64,000 nt of DNA from Blepharisma stoltei ATCC 30299 (lineage: Eukaryota; Protista; Ciliophora). The position numbers and the translations under genes are program-made. Below are positions 12,202 through 23,509 of the stretch, one piece after another. The stretch is from NCBI GenBank assembly GCA_965603825.1, contig CBFDEM010000013.1, positions 682,001 through 746,000 of the forward strand, written 5' to 3'. Within the stretch, counting starts at the first letter, position 1. Each line of letters opens with the position of its first letter. The notes under the pieces are model-generated. The model was not told where the DNA came from, searched no databases, and saw nothing but the letters and a program-made list of their open reading frames with translations.

Positions 12202-12619
12202 TTTATAATCCTGCATTGCAAGCCAGAAGAAATTTTACGAACAAAATGAAATTTAATAGTAAAAAGCTGGATCAGTAATTGTGATATATCATCTAGGAGA
12301 ATAGATATAAATGTAATTTGTAGATAATTGCGCTAGTGAGGATAAATAAAATTATAATGTGGGACAAATGAGGATTTAAATTTATAAATAATTGGGAAGA
12401 AAAATGAAATTTTAATTAGATAATAGGGTATTAAACTTAGAATTTAACATTTGAAATATCTGTGTATCTGTAAGCTATTAGAATTTTTAGAAAACCTACT
12501 TGTTAGAGTGTGAAGATATTATTAATATCATAATAATATTAAAAAAATAATCAGAGAATTAAATGAGAATAAAGATTCTCTTTTTAAAAAAACCTAATCT
12601 GATTAAAAATTATAATAAA

Positions 12620-13462
12620 ATGGAAAAATTAGACGAATATAATTTAAAAATGGATTTTCCAGTTCAAGAACCAATCAGCCTAGTAAAATCTGATGGGAGC
12701 TGTCTCATTACCTCCTTAAACACCTTAGAAATCGTCCAACAATACTCCGAATTGCAGGCGCATATTCCTCTTTGCGAAAAAAATCATGAAACTGCTGACA
12801 TCGAAATTGAAGACGACTCCCAAACTATGGACACTGAAACTGAGCAAGAAGACAGCTCATCCCAACGAATTAAACCGATGAATATAGACGCTATAAAGTA
12901 TCTTTTGCCTATGAAAACTCGTCGAGCACAGAGACTAACCTTAGTGCTGGACTTAGATGAAACATTGGTTCATAGCGAAATTAAGCCAATCCCAGCAGCA
13001 AACCTAATAGTCAACATTTTTTTTGACGAAAGACCTTGCTCCATCTATGTAAGCTTCCGACCTGGCCTGTTCAGTTTTCTAGAAGCCGTAGCTGAGAAGT
13101 TTGAGGTTGTTTTGTTTACAGCATCCCATAAAATCTATGCAGAACAGGTCTTGAAGTTTATTGACCCAGAAATGAAAATTATGAAATACCGATTCTACAG
13201 AGAGAGCTGTGTGGAAACAAATGGGACTTTCGTAAAAGACCTGAAGGTGCTTGGAAGGGATTTAAGAGAAGTTATCATAGTTGATAACTCAGTTCAAGCA
13301 TTTTCGCTGCAGCCTAATAATGGGATTCCAATTGTTTCATGGTATAATGATACCACGGATAGAGAATTATATAAAACCCTTGATATACTTGACGAGCTGC
13401 ATGGCACAGCTGATGTGCGTGAAGTTCTCAGTCAAAAATACAAATCATTCAATATGAATTAA
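12620..13462 (+). CDS. FCP1/SCP (NIF) HAD-family CTD small phosphatase (280 aa)
   Basis: LVLDLDETLVHS, FTAS..YA, YRESC, KDLKVLGRDL..VIIVDNS; AAAATG at 12620. Confidence 0.92.
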   Translation: MEKLDEYNLKMDFPVQEPISLVKSDGSCLITSLNTLEIVQQYSELQAHIPLCEKNHETADIEIEDDSQTMDTETEQEDSSSQRIKPMNIDAIKYLLPMKTRRAQRLTLVLDLDETLVHSEIKPIPAANLIVNIFFDERPCSIYVSFRPGLFSFLEAVAEKFEVVLFTASHKIYAEQVLKFIDPEMKIMKYRFYRESCVETNGTFVKDLKVLGRDLREVIIVDNSVQAFSLQPNNGIPIVSWYNDTTDRELYKTLDILDELHGTADVREVLSQKYKSFNMN

Positions 13463-13554
13463 TTAGTTAATTAACTTTTTATTTAATGCAATAGCTTAAG
13501 TAAGCATTAGATTAGTTTAATACATTGCAAGTTCTTCAGAAAAAATAGAGATTA

Positions 13555-15069
13555 TTAGTGTTTATATTTTGAGCTGAAAATAAGCCTTTGCACCCACATA
13601 GGAATATCTGGCAGATTTTCATCGGTGTCTAGCCTATTTATCGGACACCGATAAATACTTTCAATGATATTTTCAGCTATTTGTATTAATATAAGGACAT
13701 ATTTTTCAATCTCGGAAGTGCCTTCATTTAAAATAGAAATCCTTTGAGGAGCATTAGGATTGGCTTCTCTATATTTCTGCTCTTCTTTGAGTAATCAATG
13801 GTGAAAAACTCGTTTCATAAACACAGAACCATAATTTATTAATTTCCCGTTATAATCTTCTTCAGCCATATGACTGTCACTGTGAGAAAACTCAAGCATG
13901 AGGCTCCCAAGATGAATTTTAACTGAAAATCAGCTGGGAGTGGCTTTTCCTGAATTTTTAGCTGTTACAGCTTCTTCAAAGGTATTTTCTGTTTTTTCTG
14001 ATTCTCCAGTCAATATGTTCCAAGTTTGTACAGTCCCTTCTGAGTTTTTTGTAATAATCCATTTTTTGTTATCACATACTTCAAATTTGTTTATATGTGG
14101 CAAACTTTTTATTGTTTTTGTTTCAGCTGACTGTATTGTTTTAATATCTCCATTTGTATCTGATATTCAGATATCACTATTAATACCTAGCACATCTAGC
14201 ACAGGGAATTCGTTTTCAATTACTTTTTCAGAGGTTTTTGAAATAATTTCAGTCTTGAACACATCTCCATGCCTATCCCCAGAAAATCTAAATATCCTTT
14301 ACATAGTCCCAGTATTTCAGTCCATTTTGAGTGCATTTACAGAGTCAGAATGTATATGGAATGACTCAATTACTTTATGTGTGCCTATGTCTCATAATTT
14401 TATCGTCTTATCAGCTCCAGCTGTCAAGCAATTTCTTCCATCAGGGCTTATTATGATTTTTCGTGCATGATCTGTATGTCCTTTTAAGTCAATAAAATTT
14501 TTAGCTCCTCGAGTGTCCATTATTTTGGGTGTCTGAATATTTCTTACGTTATTTGAAAACGTCATTCCTATAAGTTCTCCTGTTTCATCAGCGTCTATAC
14601 ACCAAATAGAGTTGCCATTTGTGTTTAGAACTTTTATCGACCTTATTTGGTCTAAATTCGAAATTTCCCATCTTATAAGAGTATAGTCTTGGCCTCCGGA
14701 ATATAAAATTCTTTGGGATGGAATGTATTTAAGTGTTTGAATATAGTCTTTATGATTTTCAATGATACGGATTGGATCAGTAGCAAATTCTGAAGACTGA
14801 AGTGATCATATAGCAATAGTGCTGTCATATGAAGAGGAAAAAAGAAGTCCTAAAGTTGCATCAATTTGTATATCGCTTACTCAGTGAATGTGCCTGTCAT
14901 AAGCATGCTCGATTTCAAGAGTGTTTAGATCGTATTGTCGGACAATCCCATCTCTGCCAGCTGAGAAAAGATGATTTTCAAAGGCTTGAAGCCTATTTAC
15001 ACCTTTAATATGGGATTGAGAAATTCCATCTCGAAAAAGGACTGAAATATTTTTTGATCTTGTTTTCAT
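13555..15069 (-). CDS. WDR48: WDR48/UAF1-like WD40 protein (494 aa), missed by the ORF track; introns 14533-14547 and 14288-14302
   Basis: HIKGVN..LFSAGRDG, HIH[W]VSDI, SSSYDSTIAI[W], HKDYIQ, LKGHTDH..GADKTIKL[W]DIG, PS[W]FSV..GSL, INYG; several TGA=Trp. Confidence 0.85.
14288..14302 (-). other. 15-nt intron (phase 2)
   Basis: gtaaaggatatttag; removes an in-frame TAA, giving TIFSGDRHG. Confidence 0.9.
14533..14547 (-). other. 15-nt in-frame, stop-free intron ending in CAG
   Basis: gtaagaaatattcag with A10; removal restores WD-repeat spacing. Confidence 0.7.
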
Positions 15070-15387
15070 TATAAAATATTTATTATGAGATTATAATTAT
15101 TAGGTTATGAAGCACTTAAAATCCAAGTCCTTGAAGATATCAAGCTGTGCACAACATGAAAAAAACTTTTAATCTCATCAACGATTTTAGGGTATTGGCC
15201 TGCTGTTTTGATATAGAAGCATTAAGTCTTCAGACCTCAGCATGCCAAAGAAATTAGGCTAAAAAGAAATATATAATTAAATGACTATATTTTATTAGAA
15301 CCACTGTCATAACTATACTTTATGAAAAATGACTGACAGCTTTTAACAAAAATACTTTTTATTTTTACATCTGTAATAAATTATGTA

Positions 15388-16383
15388 TTAAATAGCAACA
15401 GATTCCAGCACATAATCACTTCCAGCACTAGAAAAATTCAACACTCTAAAATGATTCGCTTTCAGCAAGCTTTCTAGCTGTCCTCTTGATCTGATTTTAC
15501 CATTATTCAAGATCATCAAATGCACATCAAGATATCTTTCAAGCAAAGTAGATTGGCCTATCTCAAGCATGAGCTCAATTATAACTAGTCTATTCCCAAC
15601 ATTTAAGGATTGTCTGCATTTTCCTAAAAATTCCATAACTTTGTCATCAGGATACGAATAAAGGACATGCTTGATAATATAAGTATCAAATCCTGAAGGA
15701 ATACTCTCAAAGCAGCTCCCAGCAATGAAATTTATTTGCTTTCCTGCCTGATTTATTTTTTTTAAAGCTATATCTCTAATCTGCGGTTGTTCAAATAATG
15801 TGAATTCAAGATTTGGATATATTTTTGATAGTTCTATTAAGAGTGTTCCGTCACCTCCTCCAATATCAATGATTTTATGAGAACTCCTCAAATCTATTGC
15901 CAACGCAACTTCTCGGGAATTTAAATTCGTAACACCTGCCATCCCTTCATGATAGATTTCTAATGTTCCAGGAATTAAGCTCATTGATTCATCCATGCTT
16001 TGATGAAATTTAAGTTCGGGAGCTGTAAAATTTGATGATAAGCAGCCAGGAATGCATGTCAGGGTTTCAAATTTTCAAGGGGATAAGCTGAATTTGTAAA
16101 GATTTGCAAGATTTTTTTCAAGAAAACGTTCGGATAGAGGACTATTAGAAAAAATATTAGTATTTGGGTTATAAGAAAATAGCCCAACAGATACCAGCTG
16201 TAATAAAGCTCTTTCTAGTTTGTCAGAAACAGTTGAAGTCAATTCAGAAAGCTGGCTTGCCGTTTTTGGCCCTTCAGCAAGCAATGCAGGAATGTTATGC
16301 TCTAAAGCTGAAAATAATAGCATTCCTATCTGAGGCCCAATCAATAGCATATTAAGCTTGCAATCTAAATCATTCTGTGCCAT
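15388..16383 (-). CDS. SAM-dependent O-methyltransferase family 2 (COMT/ASMT-like) fold with N-terminal dimerisation domain (331 aa)
   Basis: Two ORFs joined via TGA 16075; LAEGPKTASQL..LERAL..LVSVGLF..FSNSPLS, IIDIGGGDG, FEQPQ, RLVIIE. Confidence 0.88.
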
Positions 16384-16560
16384 TTATTAATAAATTCCCA
16401 AAATTGTTTCTTTCATTAACTTAAAATAACTTAACTTCGTAAGTCGGTATATCTAATTCAAAAAATTATTAATAAAAATTAGTTATATATAAATATAAGA
16501 ATATCTAAATAATCAGTTGCTATTTATTAAGATATTCTTAAATATTCCATATTTATTAAA

Positions 16561-17721
16561 ATGTATTCACCTGGCCTATCTCCACTACAAGAAGAAGCTT
16601 TGATGAATTTCCAAGCAATAACAGACAACTACGATCCAAATGTAGGGATTGACTTTCTTTCTCGTCACAACTGGGATGTAACAGCAGCTTCAAACACATA
16701 TTTTGCATTCCAGCATCAACCCCCTCCATCTCAGCCTGAAAGACTAGTTGATCCTGAGCCAGATTTTTATTCTCCTCCGCCTCCTCGAGCTTCTAAGTCA
16801 TTTTTCAGTAAAATCATGAATGCATTCACTATATCCGAACCAAAAGAAAACCCATGCGCTTTAAGATTTATCCAAAGACTAGCATCAGCAACTAAAAGCA
16901 ACCCAAATGTCCCATTCAGCAAAAAATACTTGCAAGAAGTTTTATCAGAGTCGCAAAAACGAAAACGACCACTTTTAATGTTTGTATGTGGGGTTGACAC
17001 TCCTAATGAGTTTTTAAGAGATGTCCTATGCAGCAGTTTAATAAAAGGTATAATAAGTGACTCTTTTATTGCATGAGGTGTCGAAATGAATTCAAGTGAT
17101 GGAAGGACTGCAAACGTAGTTTTATCAATCCAAAGCTACCCTTGTTTCGCAGTGGTAAAAGTTGATGAATCGTCAAAGCCGCTTATACTTGATAAAATTG
17201 AAGGAATGGTCACTGTAGAAAGGCTTGCAGAATTTCTAGAAAATAATGTAATCGCTTTTACTGATATGATGTATCCTCATCTTAAAGAAGAACGACTCAT
17301 TAGAGAACAGCAAGAAAGAGAGCTTAAAGAAGCAGAAGCTATTGTCAGAGAAAGAGAAAAAGCTGAAAGAGAAAAGCAAGCCAAAATCAAACAGGAGCTA
17401 GAAGAGCAGAAACGAATTTTAGAAGAAAAAGAAAAAATCAAGCAAGAGAAAAAAAGAAAAATCAAAGAAGAGCCGCCTGAAGGTCCTGAAATTGCACATT
17501 TATCATTAAGAATGCCAAATGGGCAAAAGATTGAAAGAAGATTTATGAAGGAAGATAGGATTGAAAATGTGTATGATTTTATTGAAACTCTTGACATTCA
17601 AAATAAATTCCAAATTGTGTCTGGGTTTCCTCCTAAAGTGCTTGATGATAAAGAAAAAAGTTTAGAGGCTGAAGGGCTGTTCCCAAAAGCAGTTGTACAT
17701 GTCAGGGAAGTTAATTCGTAA
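16561..17721 (+). CDS. FAF2/UBXD8-like UBA-UAS-UBX p97 cofactor (386 aa)
   Basis: N-terminal UBA-like (FQAIT..FLSRHNWDV), UAS with FIA[W]G at TGA 17074, coiled coil, UBX LRMPNG..RRF..GFPPK. Confidence 0.9.
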
Positions 17722-18152
17722 TGAGTATAAATTAAATGCGGGAATATAATTATAAAGGTATGGATTATAAAAAAGAAAATTATGGTATGATATTTAAAAT
17801 ATTTTTTATTCCTTACTTAATCCAGAAGAAGCAAGATATTCAATTAGCCTTTCAGGAAAAAATCTGACCTAATATTCCATCTCCATAATTATCTGGATTT
17901 TAAATAGTTAAAATAAGATAAGGGCTATCCTCTAATGGTGAAATTTAAATGATCCATAGAGTAATTTTTTTATATGATAAAACGCAATTACTTCAATTTT
18001 TACTATATTTTTATTTCTTTTAATTCTATTATTAATAAAAAATATAGTGATTTCGCCTTAAGCTAAAATTCATAATTCATCTATGAGTTTATTTAATTTA
18101 AAACTATTAAAATTAACATTTAAAGAAGATAATATTTTAATATTTAAAAAAT

Positions 18153-19305
18153 ATGCATTGTCACCGTAATGTCTAAACCAGGCTCATCAGCCCCTATATA
18201 TATCTTATTGCTGCACATACTAGTAATTCTATCAATGCTTTGAAGTGTTCCTGAATTAGCAGCATTCAAAGAGCCCTCAACAATCGTATATTGGTATCAT
18301 ATATTTAGAACTTTGGTATTTTTAGTTTTTGTCTGCTATATAAACACAAGCTATAGAAACCCAGGCTTTGTTCATGAAATTAAAATTTTTTCCGACTCAA
18401 TCCCTGCTCATCCTACTGAAAATATCTCAATTGAAATATCATCAAGTCATAGGTCACAGGCATCTATAGGATTTGCCAAGCTAAAAGACTCTAATTATGA
18501 TGCAACTCCAACAAAATTCAGCCATCAGCGCTATATCAGCACTGACCATGATGATCCTGAATCTATCATTCAAGGAAAAGCAGGTAGCCAAGTAGAAAAA
18601 GAGCTAGAAGATGAAAATTCAGGCCCAATGCAAATAGATGTATTAGGAAACAAGCCTATTATAGATGAATTAGAAGAAGAGGACTATTCTTCTCGATCGC
18701 CGACTTCTGCAACACCAGGGGAACAAAAAATCCAAAAATTTGATGATGTCATTGTAACTGAGACGAGATTTTGCACCATTTGTACACTGGAGCAGCCAAT
18801 GAGAGCTAAACATTGTAGGGATTGTGGAAAATGTGTAGCTCTTCACGATCATCACTGTCCGTGGCTGGGGATTTGTATTGGAGAAAGAAATAGAAGGCAA
18901 TTTTGAATGTATTTATTGATTGAGTCTGGGCTGATATGGTGGTCTGGGTTTTGGCTGTTTAGAAGCTTTGATATGAGGGGTGGCATAGTTGAATGGATGG
19001 AAATTAATTGGCTGAGACTATTTGCGTCAATATTTATTGTATTTTTTGCTGTTATGGTGACTTGTCTGCTTTTATTTCATACGTATTTAGCGATGACAAA
19101 CCAAACAACATGGGAAAATATTTCTTGGGAGAAAATATCATACTTGAAAAAGTGACCAAAAGAATTCGGAAGCCCATTCAGCAAAGGAATTTTATGAAAT
19201 TTATATTTTTATTGCTGTAGGCCACTTCCTAAAAATTACACAAGCTGAATCATGCCCCTTAGGCTTCCTGAAAAAAAGCCGAAAAAATGTTTGTGCCTTG
19301 TTTAA
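18153..19305 (+). CDS. DHHC palmitoyltransferase (378 aa); start 18153 with 16-nt intron 18166-18181, or start 18169
   Basis: CTIC..QPMRAKHCRDCGKCVALHDHHCPWLGICIGERN, NQTTWE, SPFSKG; TGA at 18241, 18904, 19153 and later read as Trp; TAA 19303. Confidence 0.92.
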
Positions 19306-19326
19306 ATTAAAAATAAATATATATAG

Positions 19327-20691
19327 TTAATTACTACCTCGCCTAGATGAATTTGATGCTTCCCAAGAATTTTGAATTCGCATTTGTCCTGCTTTTGGAG
19401 ATTTAAGAGGCTGATTTTGATATGGCTTATTTAAGTTTCTGGAATTCTTTTTAGTTTCATTCTTGTTCTTAGAATATTTATGGTCATCCGAACTTAGATA
19501 TTCACCTGTTTCTTGATTATCAATGTGATCATAGATGCCTTTAATATTTCTATTTATTTTTTGATATTCTTTTTCATCATAAATATCGTATTTAGTAGCT
19601 GGGAGACTTTCTTCAGAATTGTTACTCCATTTCGATCGTGGTTTGCTTACAGTTGAAGAGCTTCTTTCTTGTGACATTGTGTCATAGATTTGCTGGTTTA
19701 ACTGTAAAAGTTTATTATTCTGCATAGCAAGACTTTGAAGAAGTTCTTCCCTATCTTTTATTATCATTTCTGGAGTGTCACTTCTAGGGAAAGCTTGATC
19801 ATGAATAGGCGCAAGGTCGATTTCAGGGTCAATTTGCTGTGATTTTATTTCTGGGACCACAAAAGTTGGTGTTTTTTGCTTTTTATGAGAAATCACTGGC
19901 TTTGAATTGATCTCAGTTGTTTGAACAGACTTACAGGAATTTATTTCTTGAGGGTTCAAAAAGTCATTTAAAAAGCACAAGTTCCTATACAGAGCTTCTT
20001 TTCATTTCCCATTCTCTAATAATTCTGAAAAATAGCTCAGTCCTGATGCATTCTTTTTAAAAGTGTCATATAAATCAGAGTCTATATGAAGTTTTCTCAT
20101 AACTACATTCCAAACGTTAATAATATCAATATCCCACCCTCCATTGTCTTCATTAGCTGCTGAAGTAAAGCTTGAGTCTTTTACTTTGTTAGCTTCATAT
20201 AGTTCTTTTCAACTGGTAGCCTCAATTTCTTGCTTTGCTAGCTGAGCTCTTAGGGTGTTATTTTCTTTTATAATATTTTCGTATTGCTGCTCTTTGGAGC
20301 TCATTATTAGGTTAAGGTCGTGAATATGTAACTTTATACCTTCAATTTCTCCTAGTTTCCCTAGGAGATCTTGGTTTTTCCGCTTTTCGCGAGTAAGCTC
20401 TTCGCGGTACTCTAGCATTTTTGAGTAGAGTTCGTCTTTCTTATGCAAAGTATCAGCTAAGGCGTCTTTAAGCTTATTTTTTTCATCTTTAAGCTTTGTG
20501 ATGAGGTTTTCAGACTGACGAAAATCTTCTTGGATTTTTGAAATCAAATCCTAAATGTTTAATACTTTATTCATGATAGTGCATTCTTTTAGTTCATTTT
20601 TAAGCTTCATTGTGCTCTTCGTTGCTTTGTGAATACTCCCATCATCAATTTCATTTCGAAAAGGATGATTTAATTGAGAATTGGCCTTCAT
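19327..20691 (-). CDS. Coiled-coil/disordered protein of unknown function (449 aa); intron 20551-20565
   Basis: Continuous frame from ATG 20691 after intron removal and two TGA=Trp. Confidence 0.75.
20551..20565 (-). other. 15-nt intron
   Basis: gtattaaacatttag; phase 0 with in-frame TAG. Confidence 0.85.
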
Positions 20692-21118
20692 TTTTATATC
20701 GCACTGTAATTTTTAAATTTAATTGTAAGATCTATAAAATATGTGATTAAGAAAAACTCATTCGCAAGAATAATATAATAAATTGTCACATTCTCATATC
20801 AAATTTTGCTAAAATTACAAAGGTTTGAAAGGTATAATAATTAAATATTTTTTGAAGCACATAAGCACCAATCTATAGGATTTGTGCTTATGCTTTAAAA
20901 TTATACAAAATAAAATCACTTTAAAAATTGCCAAATTTATATTTTATTGCTTACAGAGCTACTCTTCCATCAGCACAGCTGATCGAAGAACTATCTATGT
21001 CAAAAATAAAAAATGTGATAGCTTAAAGATTAAAATATTAATATAATCATTGTCAGAAATATTTAAATTAGATTTTTATTTCCATCACAAGGGGATAATT
21101 TTGATATATCTATAAAAA

Positions 21119-22105
21119 ATGGAGCTTCTGAACTCTTTTTCTGAAGACTTGCCTCTGATCAAATCAATTGAATCTTCAATCTCAACTACAGAGGCTTACC
21201 TCTTAGGGTACTCAAGAGCGATCTACAACCAAGATATTAATCAATCGATCGACTTTTTCAATAAACTCAACATTTACAAAGGGTCAGATTTTCTCACTGA
21301 GCATGCCGAGCTATTTCTACTCTACAAGTTCTATTCAGGGTGTTTGCATGAAGCTGAACTCTTATTGTCTCTTCTTATTGAAGTAAATGCCTCACACATG
21401 CTTCGTCATCTGATTTGTGAAGATGATCAACAAACCTATAAAAAAATCAAATCTATTTTTAAATATAACGCACTCGATGATTTGCCACAGGAGCCTGCCA
21501 TCAGAGAGCCAATTGATTGTCCTATATGTCTCGAAGAAATCCCTGACGAAGAGTCTATACCTCTAGAGCAATGTGGGCACAATTTCCACCAACTATGCAT
21601 GTACAAATACCTTGAAACTAAAGTAGAAGCTCGGCAATTCCCAATTCTGTGCCCTTTGGATACTTGCAAAATTGAAATCGATATGTATGATCTTAAAGAA
21701 AGACTAGGGCCATATTTATATCAATTATATGAAGACTATACATTCAAAGAATACGTACAAAACCATCAAGACGAGTGCACATGCTGCCCAACTGCTGATT
21801 GTACTTATGTGTTTATACCAGACTCTAATACAGAATTTAGCTGTCCTGTTTGTACCAAGCATTATTGTTTAAGATGCAGATGCATTTTCCATCAAAATCT
21901 AACATGCGAAGAATATATAGCTGCCAATGGGAACGTTGAAGATGCACAATTTTTAAAATTTGTCAGGGGGGCAAAATTTAAACAGTGCCCTCAATGCAGG
22001 TTTTGGGTTGAAAAAAATCAAGGTTGTGACCATATGACGTGCAGATGTGGGTTTCAGTTTTGCTATGTGTGTGGAGGGGTGTATCGTAAGTGTGCTTGCG
22101 GATAA
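21119..22105 (+). CDS. RBR (RING-IBR-RING) E3 ubiquitin ligase (328 aa)
   Basis: CPIC..CGHNFHQLC..CP..C; IBR CPTADC..CPVC..YCLRC..H..C; RING2 CPQC..VEKNQGCDHMTCRCGFQFCYVC. Confidence 0.93.
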   Translation: MELLNSFSEDLPLIKSIESSISTTEAYLLGYSRAIYNQDINQSIDFFNKLNIYKGSDFLTEHAELFLLYKFYSGCLHEAELLLSLLIEVNASHMLRHLICEDDQQTYKKIKSIFKYNALDDLPQEPAIREPIDCPICLEEIPDEESIPLEQCGHNFHQLCMYKYLETKVEARQFPILCPLDTCKIEIDMYDLKERLGPYLYQLYEDYTFKEYVQNHQDECTCCPTADCTYVFIPDSNTEFSCPVCTKHYCLRCRCIFHQNLTCEEYIAANGNVEDAQFLKFVRGAKFKQCPQCRFWVEKNQGCDHMTCRCGFQFCYVCGGVYRKCACG

Positions 22106-22388
22106 AAATTATATTAAGATAAAATTTAGAATAGATATTTCTTTGCTTAATGCCACTCTTAAGAAGACTCGTGAAATTTGCTCAGCTGAGGGGATTTTTT
22201 GATTTTTCTCGAGAAGCTCAAGAATGGTACTTTTGTCTCTTTGGGGCTTTGGAGTGTGCAGACTAGAGACTTGATGGACTCGAATTCAGAGACTGTATTT
22301 TCAGCTAGGATAAATCCTACTAATATCATTAGCAGTAAGAGAGAAAGGGGAGCTTATTTGCGATTTATATTAAGAGAATTTTAATAAA

Positions 22389-23117
22389 TTAAGGTGTGAA
22401 TTTCCGAGCAGGCGCGATGTTAACACTAATATTTTTCCCTTTGAAGAGGTAGTCATTAAATTGAAGTGCTTCATAGAGAGCTTCTTTGCTTGAAAATTCG
22501 ACATAAGCACAATTCTTATGCGTAACGAGTTTAAATCGAATAATATCACCTATATTTTTGAAAATTGCTTTAATTTCATCTGAGCTTGCTTCTGTAGGCA
22601 AATTTTTAATAACGATTTCTGCTATATTGCTAGCATTTCTCCCATTTATTATCTTTCTTCTTGATTCTTCTATCTTCGATGCATCATCTGCTTTATTTAT
22701 CCTAAGTGTTCTCCCAAAAAATAGAGCTCCATTAAGTTTTAAGGCCTTGTTCACTTCATTTTCACTGGAAAATTTAATAAAGACGAAAGGCTTTTTATTA
22801 CCAAACCTATCAAGTGAAGTTTTAAGTATTTCAGGATTTCCACATTCTTTGAAAAAATCTTTGATATCTTGGTCTGTAGCTTCGAATGGTAGATTTCCAC
22901 AATAGATTTCGAGAGGGTGGGATTCATGACTAAGATCTTTTTGGCCTGGTCTGGATATTCATTGCGCTGCTAAATCTCCTTTATCTTGACTTGTATTTAT
23001 AGGATTTGATGCAAAAAGTCTTGATGCATTTGGATGCATAAAAGAAACTTTTGGAGTTTGCTTGAAGAGGAAATTGTGCCTTAGTAGATATCTAAATCTA
23101 TTAGCAATAGCAATCAT
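22389..23117 (-). CDS. Dual-RRM protein with presequence-like N-terminus, paralog A (242 aa)
   Basis: MIAIANRFRYLLRHNF..SRLFAS; one TGA=Trp; EIYCGNLPF, FVFIKF, IVIKNLP, CAYVEF. Confidence 0.85.
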
Positions 23118-23509
23118 CTATTAATTATAATAAAATATATTCCATTAGTTACTAGAATAGCAAATTATTGCAAATTAAGATATATACCTCAAGTATTCGA
23201 ATTCCTCCAAATGAAACTTATAAGTTAGAGCGAATCATTACCAAGCCGAAGTAGTAAAGCTGCTTATATTAAAATGAAGTTTTATTATAAGCTATAGCAA
23301 TTCACCTAATTAGTACTCGCATATGTAAATTAATTAGATTATTTTCGAGAGAAACCTTGCAAGAAAATCAGATCCTTACTGTGGATTCATTAGCCTCATA
23401 ATTAATATCAAAAAATTATATTCCAGTTAATTTTTATCTTGACAATAAACATTATAATAAACTGTATTGTTGATTATGATTAGCAATATTTTCAGTTATA
23501 GAATTAAGG

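Noticed and set aside
12563-12619. Upstream extensions in the ORF track (12563, 25853, 39653)
   Set aside because: AT-rich UTR-like sequence or non-ATG starts; downstream ATGs fit better
16520-16560. AGATAW upstream of several ATGs as a core promoter motif
   Set aside because: Not clearly above AT-rich background by eye; needs genome-wide positional statistics
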